64,000 bases of DNA from the NCBI GenBank assembly GCA_963754875.1, contig CAVWHO010000003.1:22976-86975 (forward strand), in the 5' to 3' direction. Below are positions 50,682 to 61,275 of this stretch, in pieces; positions within the stretch are counted from its first letter, which is position 1; every line of letters begins with the position of its first letter. The translations under genes and the position numbers were made by a program. The notes below the pieces were generated by a model. The model was not told where the DNA came from. It did not search any database and saw nothing but the letters and a program-made list of their open reading frames with translations. This DNA is from Nitrospirota bacterium (GTDB taxonomy: Bacteria; Nitrospirota; UBA9217).

Positions 50682-52601
50682 GTGGCTGATATCAACGTAG
50701 TCCGTCTCCTGTACATGGAGGATGACCCCGGGCTTGCCCGCCTGCTGCAGAAGACCCTGAACCGGCGCGGTTTTGTCGTTGATATAGCGGCAAATGGTGA
50801 AGACGGGCTGGCGATGATCAACTCCTCCCGTTACGACCTCCTGCTCATCGATTATAATATGCCGTTCCTGGGCGGTATTGATGTCATCCGCACGCTCGCA
50901 ACGAAAAAATCGCTTCTGCCTACGATCATGGTCACCGGTGAAGGTAATGAACTCGTTGCTGTTGAGGCGCTTAAGCTGGGAGTGGCGGATTATATCGTAA
51001 AAGACGCGGACATGAAATATCTCGATCTGCTCCCTTCCGTCATTGACCAGGTCCTGTACAAACAGCAACTGATGAGGGAGCGGCAGCAAATGGTCGAGGC
51101 CATCAGGGGAAGCGAGGAACGCTATCGCCTGCTCTTCGAAAACAACCCCATCCCCAGCATGGTTTACGATCTGCAGACCCTCAGGTTCCTGGCCGTTAAT
51201 GACGCCGCGGTTCTTCATTACGGCTATAAGCGTGAAGAATTTTTGAGTCTGACGATTCATGACATCTATACGCTTGAAGAAATGCCTGCGTTGCTCAGCG
51301 TGCACTCACAACTTGACCAGGGCGCAAAACAGTCCGGCACCTGGAAGCACCGGCTGAAGAACGGGACCGTCATCGAAGCGGAAATAACGTCTCACCGCCT
51401 CACGCTGAACGATATCCGGGCGCATCTCATTCTTGCCAACGATATTTCGGAACGAAAAAAGATGGAGGAGAACCTCCTGCGTGCCCAAAAACTTGAGTCC
51501 CTCGGCGTTCTTGCCGGCGGACTTGCCCATGATTTCAATAATTTTCTTACGGCAATTCTCGGGAATATTTATCTGGCGAAACTGGATGCCCCGCCCAAGA
51601 GCTCCGTTACCCGATATCTTGAGGAGGCCGAGAAAGCGACCTCACGCGCTCAGAATATTACGCAGCAATTGCTGACGTTCTCGAGAGGCGGCGCCCCGCT
51701 CAAAAAAATGATCCCCGTGCAACAGTTGATCGAAGAGTCAGCCGGTTTTGCTCTTCATGGTTCCAAGGCGAAGAGCGAATTTCGCCTACCTCACGATCTC
51801 TGGATGGTCGAGGCCGATGAAAGTCAAATCGGTCAAGTGATCCACAACCTGGTCATGAACGCTGATCAGGCCATGCCCGGAGGCGGCACCGTGACCATCT
51901 CGGCCGAAAACATCGCACTCAAAGATGCTCATCACCTTCCGCTTAAATCAGGCAACTATATCAGAATATCAGTCACAGACCAGGGTGTCGGCATCGCGGA
52001 AGAATACCGGGAAAAGATATTCGACCCCTACTTTACAACGAAACACAAGGGCAGCGGCCTTGGGCTCGCAACCTGCTATTCTATCATTAGACGTCACGAC
52101 GGCCACATGACCGTTGAATCAACCCTCGGAAACGGGGCGACTTTCTCGATGTACCTCCCCGCATCTACTCATGCTGCGCCCGAGTCCGTAAGCGATCAAC
52201 AGCCTGCCTGCGGAAGCGGCAGAGTACTGATCATGGACGATGAGGAAATGGTCCGGGATGTCGCGAGCAAAATTCTGTCTAACCTCGGCTTTAGCGTCGT
52301 GAGTTCCTGTGACGGTGCTGAAGCGGTGGAACTGTATCAGGAGGCCATGCAAAACGGCCTGCCCTTTGATGTCGTGATAATGGATCTGACCATTCCCGGC
52401 GGGATAGGCGGCAAAGAAACTATTAAAAAGTTGCTGCAGGTTGACACCGGAGTAAAGGCCATCGTATCCAGCGGCTATTCGAACGATCCAATCATGTCAC
52501 AGTTTAAGCAGTACGGGTTCAAAGGCGTGGTATCGAAACCGTATTCCGTCAAGACCTTGAGTGAAAGCGTTCGGAACGTCATCGAAGGGAGGACCTCCTG
52601 A
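50682..52601 (+). CDS. Hybrid sensor histidine kinase (REC-PAS-HisKA-HATPase-REC)
   Basis: AHDFNN H-box, NLVMNA, DQGVGI, GSGLGL, PAS region, two receiver domains. Confidence 0.93.
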   Translation: MADINVVRLLYMEDDPGLARLLQKTLNRRGFVVDIAANGEDGLAMINSSRYDLLLIDYNMPFLGGIDVIRTLATKKSLLPTIMVTGEGNELVAVEALKLGVADYIVKDADMKYLDLLPSVIDQVLYKQQLMRERQQMVEAIRGSEERYRLLFENNPIPSMVYDLQTLRFLAVNDAAVLHYGYKREEFLSLTIHDIYTLEEMPALLSVHSQLDQGAKQSGTWKHRLKNGTVIEAEITSHRLTLNDIRAHLILANDISERKKMEENLLRAQKLESLGVLAGGLAHDFNNFLTAILGNIYLAKLDAPPKSSVTRYLEEAEKATSRAQNITQQLLTFSRGGAPLKKMIPVQQLIEESAGFALHGSKAKSEFRLPHDLWMVEADESQIGQVIHNLVMNADQAMPGGGTVTISAENIALKDAHHLPLKSGNYIRISVTDQGVGIAEEYREKIFDPYFTTKHKGSGLGLATCYSIIRRHDGHMTVESTLGNGATFSMYLPASTHAAPESVSDQQPACGSGRVLIMDDEEMVRDVASKILSNLGFSVVSSCDGAEAVELYQEAMQNGLPFDVVIMDLTIPGGIGGKETIKKLLQVDTGVKAIVSSGYSNDPIMSQFKQYGFKGVVSKPYSVKTLSESVRNVIEGRTS

Positions 52602-52725
52602 CGCGGTATGATGCCGATCATAGCTTTTTGCCGGCAGCCATGCTATTTTATTTACATAAAGTTCAGAAGCCGAAGAACTCTAGGAGGTTACTCTCCGAAC
52701 GCCGGGCCAATAAGGGAGGACTGCC

Positions 52726-53040
52726 GTGGAAATTCTCGATCTCAAGAAACTCATTAAATTTAATCCTGACAAAATCTCGCGCGAGATGCTTTCCGACAAA
52801 CCCGAGATGCGCGTCGCCCTCATGTGTCTGAACGCCGGCCAGAAGCTCGATCCGCACAAGGCGCCGCTCCGGCTCATGATGTACTGTGTGCAGGGCAAAG
52901 GAACGTTCACCATCGGCGACGAGAAAATTGAAGCCGACGAGAAGACCTGCCTCCTCTGCGAACCTAACGTCCCTCACGGTTTTGCCGCTGACAAGGGTGA
53001 AAAACTCGTCGTCATGGCAGTGGTCACGCCAGTCGATTGA
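52726..53040 (+). CDS. Cupin domain protein
   Basis: GQKLDPHKA...YCVQGKG...PNVPHG. Confidence 0.85.
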   Translation: MEILDLKKLIKFNPDKISREMLSDKPEMRVALMCLNAGQKLDPHKAPLRLMMYCVQGKGTFTIGDEKIEADEKTCLLCEPNVPHGFAADKGEKLVVMAVVTPVD

Positions 53041-53337
53041 CGTTCACAAGTGCAAAGGGATACGCTTTCTGCTCAAAATAAAAGCCCTCATTTGTTCTCG
53101 ATTTGGGGGTTTTCTCATTTGCCGATAAAAAAGATCAGATCTGGCGAGGGGATCCAGTCACGCGGAGAAAGCTGCGCTGTTTTATATACCGGGACGAGAG
53201 ATATTAAGGTCAATCCCCCGCTTTTTTCCCGCCCGCGGGGTTTATACTATCTCCGCAGAAACAAAGCTCAAATCTCTGCAGTTTTCCTTCTGCAGGAGCC
53301 AAAATGAGAACGGGAGCGATGGATCTGTTACGTTACC

Positions 53338-53730
53338 ATGGGGAAAATCTTACTCATAGATGACGATACAGCATTTCTGAAATTGCTTGAGAAATACGTG
53401 GAAGAGCGTTATCCCGGCCTTAAGGTCCTTACCTGTAATGACCCTGTTAAATGCCTGGTTTCCATCACTGATGACCTCGATCTCCTGCTGGTCGATCTGG
53501 AAATGCCCGGTTTGGACGGCTCCAAGATCCTCAACTATGCCGTGTCCAAGGGACTGAACAAAAATCGCATCATCATCCTTTCGGGACGGGACGCCGAATA
53601 TCTGCACCGGAGGTTTCCCATGGGCAGCTGTCTTGCCGTGCTCAATAAATACGAAGGTAAACAAAGAAATGTTCTCGACATGATTTTCAGTTCATTGCAG
53701 CAGAAAAGTCTGGGAAAAGACAAAACTTGA
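53338..53730 (+). CDS. Single-domain response regulator
   Basis: ILLIDDD, LLVDLEMPGLDG, ILSG, LNK. Confidence 0.85.
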   Translation: MGKILLIDDDTAFLKLLEKYVEERYPGLKVLTCNDPVKCLVSITDDLDLLLVDLEMPGLDGSKILNYAVSKGLNKNRIIILSGRDAEYLHRRFPMGSCLAVLNKYEGKQRNVLDMIFSSLQQKSLGKDKT

Positions 53731-53774
53731 TCATATGTACCAGAAACAGAAGTTGTTCTGATCCGTACGGAGTA

Positions 53775-54924
53775 TCAGGGCAAATATTTCTCCAACCGGT
53801 TGATTCTGAATTGGAGTAATAGATCGATAAAAGTCCGTGAATGGACCGGGTCTTCCGACATTCCGAAAAGATGGCTATTGCAGTCGCAATCCGATGACCC
53901 GAACCCCTTGACCTCCCACTCAGTGATTTTTCTGAGATCGGCGGCCATCCCGCATTCAAGGTCTTCACTTGCCCGGACCGGCAGTGCGGCATGAAAATCC
54001 GCGGCACCTCTCAGAAAATCGATATGCCAGTGATAGTTTTTGAGAAGGCGTCGATGCCGCTCGATCCGTTTGGCAAGATCGGCCTTTGCCGACCCGACGT
54101 AGACGTAATACCCTTTCTTGAATTTAACCTCCCCGAGCTTTCCGACCAATAAACACCGGTCCCTCTTGAGATGCAGGATGATAAGATAACTGCCGCTGTC
54201 ATGGGACTCCTGTTCCACCAATTGCCACGGGATGATCAGGTCTTTGGTCCTGCGGGGCATGAGCGCTGCATCCCACTCCACGGACACGGCCTTCACCAGG
54301 ACCGTGTCCTTAACCGCAAGCAGGGTCCGCGCGAATTCCAGGTCTGTATGGTGTTCAGGCAGGAAATACTCCGCTTTGGGCCAGTGGACCAGGAAGACCA
54401 CGGCAGTCTTCATCCTCCTTTTTGCAAGACATGCGAGTTCTCGCAGGTGTTTTGTCCCCCGCGCTGTGACAGCATCAGGAAACATGGCAATCCTATTCCC
54501 CACGAGCGTGCACGATTTTATTTCTACGACAACGTCCTGCCCTGTTCTGGCTGAGCAAAAAATCAAACCTGCTGTTGCCGATAGCGACTTCCGGCTTTAT
54601 AACCGAAGAGTTTTCGAGTCCCGTGATTCGACCCTGCTCAATGAGCTGCCGTGCAACAAGGTTGTTCACATGGGTATGGAGCATGATCGGAAGACCGTCA
54701 CGCTCGACAGCGACCACCGTATAGTCCGTGCTTCCTTCATAAGAAGCATCATGCCTGACAAGATAGAGCACAACTCCGGGAAAGAACAATTCCCAAAGCC
54801 TGCCCGGGTTCGGGAGGTAGGCGCGCGTTGGCCTGTTGTACACAATGCATTCAACGATAAAACGGTTCGGTCTGTCTTTATAGATGCCTTTGACCGTTTT
54901 CGGGAAAAAAACTTCTGTTTTCAT
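53775..54924 (-). CDS. sfsA: SfsA nuclease fused to a GIY-YIG (Uri/DUF123-like) domain, split by an indel near 54544
   Basis: RPNRF, LPNPGRL, SRFDFLL / EIKSCTL, FPDAVTARG, then GYYVYVGSA, RIERH, HWHIDFL, GFGSSDCDCNSHLF. Confidence 0.85.
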
Positions 54925-55343
54925 GCCTCATAGTACCCGAAAGGCCGGTGACTGTCACCATATTCTCGAACTGTGGCCCCTGCATTGATGTTTGTAATCG
55001 CACCTGCATGTTAGTTTTAAAAATAACAGGAAATTTCTGAGAGCAGCTGTTCAAGGGGACAAATAACAAAACTGCGTAGGCTGTCTGCATCCCAGACAAC
55101 GAACTCGCCCCCCTCTCGTTTTATCCTCTCTATAGCCAATCCTTTATTTCCTCGTTGCAGCTCATTCATTGTGATTTTTGTCTGTTCTGGAAGTAGGATT
55201 TCTTAACAATTCTCGTATACGGCACCATGCAGGCAACATCTCTGTGATATAATAAACAAAGAGGCGGAAGGGACAACACAGTGCCGCTTTTCATTAATTT
55301 AAATGTCGCGGCCGGTGAACTCTAAAGTGAGGAGGGAATGAGT

Positions 55344-55955
55344 ATGTCTGGTGACTGCTGTAGTCTCCGTGTTGGCCAAGGCGTTCCCGATTTCAAGCTC
55401 GAAACTTTTGAGCAGACCAAGGGTGATTTCGGAGAATTCACGCTTGCCGCTCAGAAAGCAGCTAAGAAGTGGACTGTTCTGTTCTTTTATCCCGCGGACT
55501 TCACCTTTGTGTGAGCAACGGAATTTGCTGCTCTGGCAGAGCAGTACGAGGAATTCAAAAAAGCGGGAGCTGAGGTCGTCACAGTCAGCACGGACACAAA
55601 ATTCGTCCACCTTGCCTGGCAGCGCGACGAAAAGATGCTCGCAAAAGTAAAATTCCCGATGGGCTCCGACCGCACGGGGGACCTTGCCCGCCAATTCGGC
55701 GTCTATGACGATACCTCGGGAAATGCTTTGCGGGGCACCTTCATCATTAGTCCCGAAGGCACACTGTTCAACTCGGAGGTAAACTTCTACAACCTCGGGA
55801 GAAATGTCGAAGAAATCCTGAGAAAGATCAGGGCGAACGTCCATCTCGCCTCCTCACCCGCGGAAGCATGTCCTGCTCAATGGAAAAAGGAAGGCGACAA
55901 GACGCTGAAACCATCAGCCAAAATAGTCGGGAAAATATTCGAGGAGCTAAAATAA
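55344..55955 (+). CDS. prxU: Selenocysteine-containing AhpC-type peroxiredoxin
   Basis: Continuous frame ...WTVLFFYPADFTFV-TGA(55512-55514)-ATEFAAL...STDTKFVHLAW...RGTFII...GRNVEE...EACPAQW. UGA sits at the peroxidatic Cys position. Confidence 0.92.
55526..55546 (+). promoter_or_regulatory. Bacterial SECIS hairpin
   Basis: TGCTGCTCT-GGC-AGAGCAGTA stem-loop beginning 11 nt after the in-frame UGA, with G in the apical loop. Confidence 0.75.
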
Positions 55956-55959
55956 CATT

Positions 55960-56352
55960 ATGCTGGTAACCCGGGAATCCGATTATGCCGTACGAACAAT
56001 TCTGTATCTTGCCAAGGAACGCAACCGCACAGCAAGTGTTACCGAAGTTGCCCAGGCGATGCACATCCCGAAAAGTTTTTTGGCGAAAATCCTGCAGCGT
56101 CTGGTGAAAAGCAATATCCTGAAATCAACGCGCGGTGTGAACGGCGGATTCCAATTGGCCCAAAAAACATCTGACATCTCGTTGTTCTCGATCCTGGAGG
56201 CCATCCAGGGTCCCGCCGGCATCAATCTCTGCGCCGTTGACAGCAAGCAGTGTAAATTGAGCGCCGGCTGTTCCGTTCATCCGGTGTGGGTAGATATTCG
56301 CAAAGAGGTTGAACGCCGCCTGAAGAAACAGACCATCGCGGAATTGCTGTGA
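55960..56352 (+). CDS. Rrf2 family transcriptional regulator (3 Cys, likely Fe-S)
   Basis: SDYAVR, FLAKILQRL, STRGVNGGF, C-x6-C-x5-C. Confidence 0.92.
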   Translation: MLVTRESDYAVRTILYLAKERNRTASVTEVAQAMHIPKSFLAKILQRLVKSNILKSTRGVNGGFQLAQKTSDISLFSILEAIQGPAGINLCAVDSKQCKLSAGCSVHPVWVDIRKEVERRLKKQTIAELL

Positions 56353-56479
56353 AAAAAAAGTGCTGATGTGAATTGCATGAATCGACCGCTCCCGCACGAG
56401 GCAAAAACGTGCTCTCGAGCCACGAAAAACAAAGCTCTCAAAACAGCGAGGGCTTTTCTTGTGTTCAGGGGGGGATGTT

Positions 56480-57025
56480 TTAGAGCCAATACTCAGGATA
56501 CTTTCTGTGCACAGCGAGATTATTGACAATGAGGGCAACGAGCAGAAGGATGACTGCTCCCGCACCCGCGGGAATTAAGGCGTAGAGATAGCCGAGGCTG
56601 TGGACCTTGGTCCCTCCAATCACCGCGATCAAGGCCGTTGCACCGCCCGGGGGGTGAAGGGTCTTCGTCACGAGCATAATTACGATGGCAAACGATACGG
56701 CCAGGGAAGCAGCGAGCCAGAGCGTGCTGCCGAAGAATTGATAGCAGGCCACTCCGGCAAGGCCTGACAGTACATGCCCACCGACCAGGTTCCTCGGTTG
56801 GGCAAGAGGACTTTTTATCGCGGCATAGACAAGGACCGCAGAAGCGCCGAAGGAACCAATGAGCAGCGAAAGGTCGCGGGGTTCAAAATAGCAAGCGGAA
56901 AGATAGGAGCAGAGTCCGATGCCGATAGCGGCTCCCAGCCACGACCAGACAAGATCACGAGCAGGCCCGCTGGGGGGGCTTTTTGCACCTCCTTTCATTT
57001 TTGAAAGGTATTCATCGAAAGTCAT
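56480..57025 (-). CDS. HPP family membrane protein
   Basis: SFGASAVL, SPLAQPRN, TLHPPGGATAL, YPEYW. Confidence 0.92.
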   Translation of the reverse strand: MTFDEYLSKMKGGAKSPPSGPARDLVWSWLGAAIGIGLCSYLSACYFEPRDLSLLIGSFGASAVLVYAAIKSPLAQPRNLVGGHVLSGLAGVACYQFFGSTLWLAASLAVSFAIVIMLVTKTLHPPGGATALIAVIGGTKVHSLGYLYALIPAGAGAVILLLVALIVNNLAVHRKYPEYWL

Positions 57026-57093
57026 AGGATTTCCTGTGAAAAAGCAGGTTGAAGCCTGCTGCCATCTTCCGTTAAGAACATCGTCCTTTTTGT

Positions 57094-57685
57094 TCACGGT
57101 TTCGTCGCTATTGACCGTACGATGTCTGCGCGCGATATAATGCCGACAAGTTTACCATCGTCGTCTACAACAGGCAGCCGTTTTATCCTTCGGTCATCGA
57201 GGATCTTCGCGACGTCCCCGACATCGTCGTCGGCTTTGGCGGTGAGGGGAGGAAAGCTCATGACGTCCTCGACCTTGTTGCCGTTTTTCCTTGCAGGTAC
57301 GGGCTCTCCTAGGACGTTCCGTAAAATATCCTTGAAGGTGTGCTCTCGTTTCATGCCCGCAAGGGTCAGAATGTCCGCTTCGCTGAGAACACCGATTACC
57401 CGGCCCTGCTTCATCAACAACAGGTGCCCCGCTGATCCTGTTCTCGGAGAGTATCTGCGCCGCCTGATGCAGGTCGGCGTCACGGGCGATCGTGACGACG
57501 CGTTTCGACATGACCGCACGAACGGGCATCTTGAGCGCTACACGCTCCTGCGCGTGACGCAATGCAATTTCATAGATCTTTTTCAGATCGTCTTCGGTAA
57601 TATCGACGTAGGCTTTCATTTCGCGAAGAGCAGCATCCAGGTCTTCATCCGATAACCCGCAGGAATTAAGATAGGGGTTTTCCAT
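57094..57685 (-). CDS. CBS-pair domain protein, split by an indel near 57405
   Basis: DLDAALREMKAYVDITEDDL, ISGAPVVD / IGVLSEAD, IKRLPVVD...GIISRADI. Confidence 0.85.
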
Positions 57686-57771
57686 AGGTCCTCTTTAATG
57701 GTATTTATTATATTTTACCAGTCACGATATAAAAGCAGTATGACGGAGATCATACGAGGGGAGGTATTTTT

Positions 57772-58668
57772 TCAGGCGTTCCGTTCCTCAGCCTTGGCGA
57801 CTATCCAGTAAACGAAACCGATGACGAGGATGGCGGCAATGAGGTAGTAGATGGACTCCGGTTTTTCGTGCTTGAGCGTGGCGATCATGGTCTCCCTGAT
57901 CATGGTCACGAGGGCAACACCCACGAACACGCTGATATGGAACTTACTGCCTTTCAGGTGGGAGATCTCCGTATTCATGAGCTCGATCATTAGCCAGAGC
58001 AGCAGCATGGATCCGAGTGCTGAGATAATGCCCCCGACCACGTCCCCCGACAAGAGGTGCAGAACGTCCTGCACGAAGAGCCACACGACCGCGATCGTCA
58101 GTCCAATGAGCGCAATCACCAGAATGAGATTGGTTGTTTGCGAGAACCGCTCGGCAAAACTGATCAGTACGCTCTTGACCTTGTAAGCCGGAGAATAGGC
58201 TTTCATTTCTTCCTCAATGTACGAACTCGTGATGACGTCGAGACTGATATCAAGAATCTTTCCTACGGATATGATCTTATTCGTCACCTCGGTCTTGTCC
58301 TCGTCCAGTTTTTGAAGGATGCCGGTACAGGCGTTTTTGACGAGGTTCACTGCCCGGTTCATATAATGGGTATCCACTTTGTGTTTTACGTGGGCAGTGC
58401 CGATCTTCATGAGTTTTTCATAATAGCGGTTATCATATGAGCCGGAGAACAGTTCAAGAAACCACTCCCGTTGCGACCCGAAGACGTGTTTTTTTCTCGA
58501 CTCCTCGGTAAAAAAATAGGCGGCCCCTTTTGTCCCCATGATCCAGAGACTAAGTGTGCCCATGATCTCATCGGCATGCTCTTCCATGACAGGCCTCAGG
58601 TTCGCGAGCCGCTGCTCGTCTTCTTCCGTGAAGCGATAATCGTGCTTTATTTCTCGGAATGATCTCAT
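57772..58668 (-). CDS. Protoglobin (globin-sensor) domain fused to a PsiE-like membrane domain
   Basis: FTEEDEQRL, WFLELFSG, IGTAHVK (proximal His), C-terminal TM helices with IELMNT and VALVTMIRE. Confidence 0.8.
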   Translation of the reverse strand: MRSFREIKHDYRFTEEDEQRLANLRPVMEEHADEIMGTLSLWIMGTKGAAYFFTEESRKKHVFGSQREWFLELFSGSYDNRYYEKLMKIGTAHVKHKVDTHYMNRAVNLVKNACTGILQKLDEDKTEVTNKIISVGKILDISLDVITSSYIEEEMKAYSPAYKVKSVLISFAERFSQTTNLILVIALIGLTIAVVWLFVQDVLHLLSGDVVGGIISALGSMLLLWLMIELMNTEISHLKGSKFHISVFVGVALVTMIRETMIATLKHEKPESIYYLIAAILVIGFVYWIVAKAEERNA

Positions 58669-58766
58669 CTGCACCTCAAGTCTAATTCAATGTTCGCTTT
58701 TTCCGCTTCCGGGGGCGGATTTGGTAAATGCGCCTGATCTTGATCACGGTCTCATGCTCTCACTCT

Positions 58767-58925
58767 TCATATCTTTTCAAATAAATCTTTGCTCGCTCCG
58801 CAAACGGGACAGAGCCAGGTATCAGGAATTTTTTCAAAGGGTGTTCCCGGCGCTATCCCTCCATCAGGGTCACCTACTTCCGGGTCATAAATCCAATCGC
58901 AAACCGTACATTTCCATTTTTCCAT
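58767..58925 (-). CDS. Rubredoxin (52 aa, below the ORF-track cutoff)
   Basis: [52 protein letters not shown], with GAGGAGG RBS. Confidence 0.95.
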   Translation of the reverse strand: MEKWKCTVCDWIYDPEVGDPDGGIAPGTPFEKIPDTWLCPVCGASKDLFEKI

Positions 58926-59406
58926 AAAATTCCTCCTCTGTGTTGTCTTGCTTTATTTCATATATCCCGGTATCTGGGCGACAAAGTTTGGGTATTCACC
59001 CAGTCACTTCCCCTACCGCATGTTGGTTTTGGTGGTTATAGAGAAACAACGATTAGTAAACAATGGGTGCATCAACATAACGCTTAATGAAAATATATCA
59101 CAATGTAGACGGTTAATTTATGTCCTGAAGCATATTTTCTCCAAAATCCTGATTCTTTCGTATCAGAGTATGCTGGACATGAACCGAAGATACATTTATT
59201 TGCACTCGGGAAAACAATGGTTTCCACATTAACCAACGAATGCAACTTTCAAACATTGACGAGAGCATTTCAGACAAAATCAAAAAAAGTCAACACGTCT
59301 ACCCCAAAAATACCCTTGTGCCGGTACTTAATTTGATTGACACCTTGAAAAGCAAAAACTTATAATTAAGATATGGTCTCCCGCCGCACCTACACAAGGA
59401 CATTAA

Positions 59407-59940
59407 ATGACCAAAAAAATATATACGTTTCTCTTTGCTGTTCTCGCCGTTCTCGTCTTTTCCCTTGGGCAGGAATCAAGTCTCGCGAAAGAAAGTGTAC
59501 ACCAGGCACGAGTACACCTGGTGCTTGACGGAGACACCGTAACGCTCCGCCTCGACGGCAAGAAGTACCGGACCCGGCTCATCGGGATGGATGCTCCCGA
59601 AATGGGTCAGCGACCCTGGGGGAGACGGGCCAAAGAGAATTTGATCCAGATCATGAGACGCACGAACTGGACTGTCTATGTTGAAACAGACGTGGAACGT
59701 CAGGATAAATACGGCAGGCTTCTCGCTTATCTCTGGACGAAAAAACACGCTTTCATTAATGAGATGATGATCGCCGACGGATACGCCGTAATGTTCGCGA
59801 TTGAACCCAATACGAAATATTCCGACAGGTTCAGCAAGGCAGGGGGCCGAGCGCGCGAGGAACAGAAAGGAATTTGGGGCCCCCATGGATTGAAGGAAAT
59901 TCCGGCCGAATGGCGGAAGGAACACCCAAGGAAGGATTAA
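59407..59940 (+). CDS. Thermonuclease (SNase) family protein
   Basis: VLDGDT, RLIGMDAPE, DKYGRLLAY, KGIW, plus N-terminal signal/TM. Confidence 0.92.
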   Translation: MTKKIYTFLFAVLAVLVFSLGQESSLAKESVHQARVHLVLDGDTVTLRLDGKKYRTRLIGMDAPEMGQRPWGRRAKENLIQIMRRTNWTVYVETDVERQDKYGRLLAYLWTKKHAFINEMMIADGYAVMFAIEPNTKYSDRFSKAGGRAREEQKGIWGPHGLKEIPAEWRKEHPRKD

Positions 59941-59977
59941 GAAAGATCTGAAGGAACATTATTTGTCGGGGGTGAAC

Positions 59978-60355
59978 ATGAAACGTTTCTACACCGCTGT
60001 TATCATGATTTTCGTCGCATCTCTGGTCTTCTACGCCCTACCCGGTACATCGGACGAGAATAAGCCGATTCGCCACTGGTACAGGCTTGAGATTCAAACA
60101 GGCGACACAACGTATCAATGCCTCGGAAGCTCTGCGCTCGATGAAAAGGAGTTTTCCAGGCAGCTATCGGGCGATGAATATGTCGTCCTTGATGATGTCG
60201 AGTATCTCGATAGCACAGGCAAGATCAAAAGATGGCAGGAATGGGACCCAAAATCAATTCCCCGGCTGTACGTGAATCCTGACTACGTCATTTTGTTTAA
60301 TCCGATGAAGGATGATCCGAGGAAGTCTCCTTCTGCAGGAGCAGCACGGAAGTAA
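59978..60355 (+). CDS. Hypothetical secreted protein
   Basis: Signal-peptide-like N-terminus MKRFYTAVIMIFVASL; no recognisable domain. Confidence 0.55.
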   Translation: MKRFYTAVIMIFVASLVFYALPGTSDENKPIRHWYRLEIQTGDTTYQCLGSSALDEKEFSRQLSGDEYVVLDDVEYLDSTGKIKRWQEWDPKSIPRLYVNPDYVILFNPMKDDPRKSPSAGAARK

Positions 60356-60435
60356 TCACCTATTGCTCATCCTCGTGAGACCGTCCTTTAATACGCTACA
60401 CGGTATCAGCGTTGTGCGCAATTTTTTATAAAAAC

Positions 60436-60985
60436 ATCCTGAAATACCCAGCAGCTCTGCTGCTGGGATGAAAAGGATATCCTGACGAAGTCAGGATGAG
60501 AATCTGTTACAATACGGGCCATGAGCCCATTGAGAAGAAGCAAACATAGCGTCTATGATCTGAAGTACCATTTTGTATGGATACCAAAATATCGAAGGAA
60601 GCTGTTCAGCGATCGAATGACGACGAGACTGAAAGAGATATTTCGTGAGATCGCAGAGCGATATGAATTTGAAATAGATACGATGGAAGCAATGGATGAT
60701 CATGTGCATTTGTTTTTGGTTGTGCCACCGAAGTATGCTCCAGCGAGGGTAGTACAGATAATCAAAAGCATATCGGCAAAGATGATGTTTCGAGAATTCC
60801 CCGAGATAAAGAAAAAACTTTGGGGAGGAGAACTCTGGAATGACGGCTACTTTGTCCGTTCGGTTGGCGACAAAGTAACGGCAGAAGTTATAAGAAAGTA
60901 TATTCGGTATCAGCATGATGAGCAAGTTGGCTTTAGGTTCTAGCGCATTTAGGATGCCCCGCAGCTCTGCTGCGGGGTAATTCAC
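60436..60985 (+). mobile_element. IS200/IS605-family element (tnpA only)
   Basis: Subterminal hairpins cccagcagc-tct-gctgctggg (60447-60467) and tgccccgcagc-tct-gctgcggggta (60955-60979), right end TTCAC, AT-rich interior. Confidence 0.85.
60521..60943 (+). CDS. tnpA: IS200/IS605 HUH (Y1) transposase
   Basis: YHFVWIPKYRR, DHVHL (HUH), LWNDGYFVRSVG, KYIRYQ. Confidence 0.95.
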   Translation: MSPLRRSKHSVYDLKYHFVWIPKYRRKLFSDRMTTRLKEIFREIAERYEFEIDTMEAMDDHVHLFLVVPPKYAPARVVQIIKSISAKMMFREFPEIKKKLWGGELWNDGYFVRSVGDKVTAEVIRKYIRYQHDEQVGFRF

Positions 60986-61011
60986 TTCAGTTCCAATCGT
61001 TGTATATAGCT

Positions 61012-61275
61012 ATGGCTATTGAAAAATCCTGCATCCAATTCCCCTGCTCTTTTCCTCTGAAAGTCATGGGACTTAACAACGAATTGTTTGAACCCGCGGT
61101 GAGGACGGTTTTTGAAACGTTCGTCCAGACAGGACCGATCACCTATACAAAGCGGCTCAGCAGCACCGGCAAGTATGTATCAATAACCGCCACGTTTACA
61201 GCCGTGAGCCGGCAGCAGCTGGACGCTCTTTACCGCGCATTGAACAATCATGAACTTGTTGTGATGACGCTTTAA
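61012..61275 (+). CDS. YbeD/DUF493 family protein
   Basis: FPCSFPLKVMG, SSTGKYVSIT, LDALYRAL. Confidence 0.85.
   Translation: MAIEKSCIQFPCSFPLKVMGLNNELFEPAVRTVFETFVQTGPITYTKRLSSTGKYVSITATFTAVSRQQLDALYRALNNHELVVMTL

Noticed and set aside
59186..59212. NsrR-like operator (AAGATACATTT...) upstream of rubredoxin
   Set aside because: Only one half-site resembles the consensus, there is no convincing palindrome, and it is far from the start codon.
60491..60985. 164-aa minus-strand ORF starting MNYPAAELRGI
   Set aside because: Antisense to tnpA and begins within the IS end hairpin, so it is spurious.
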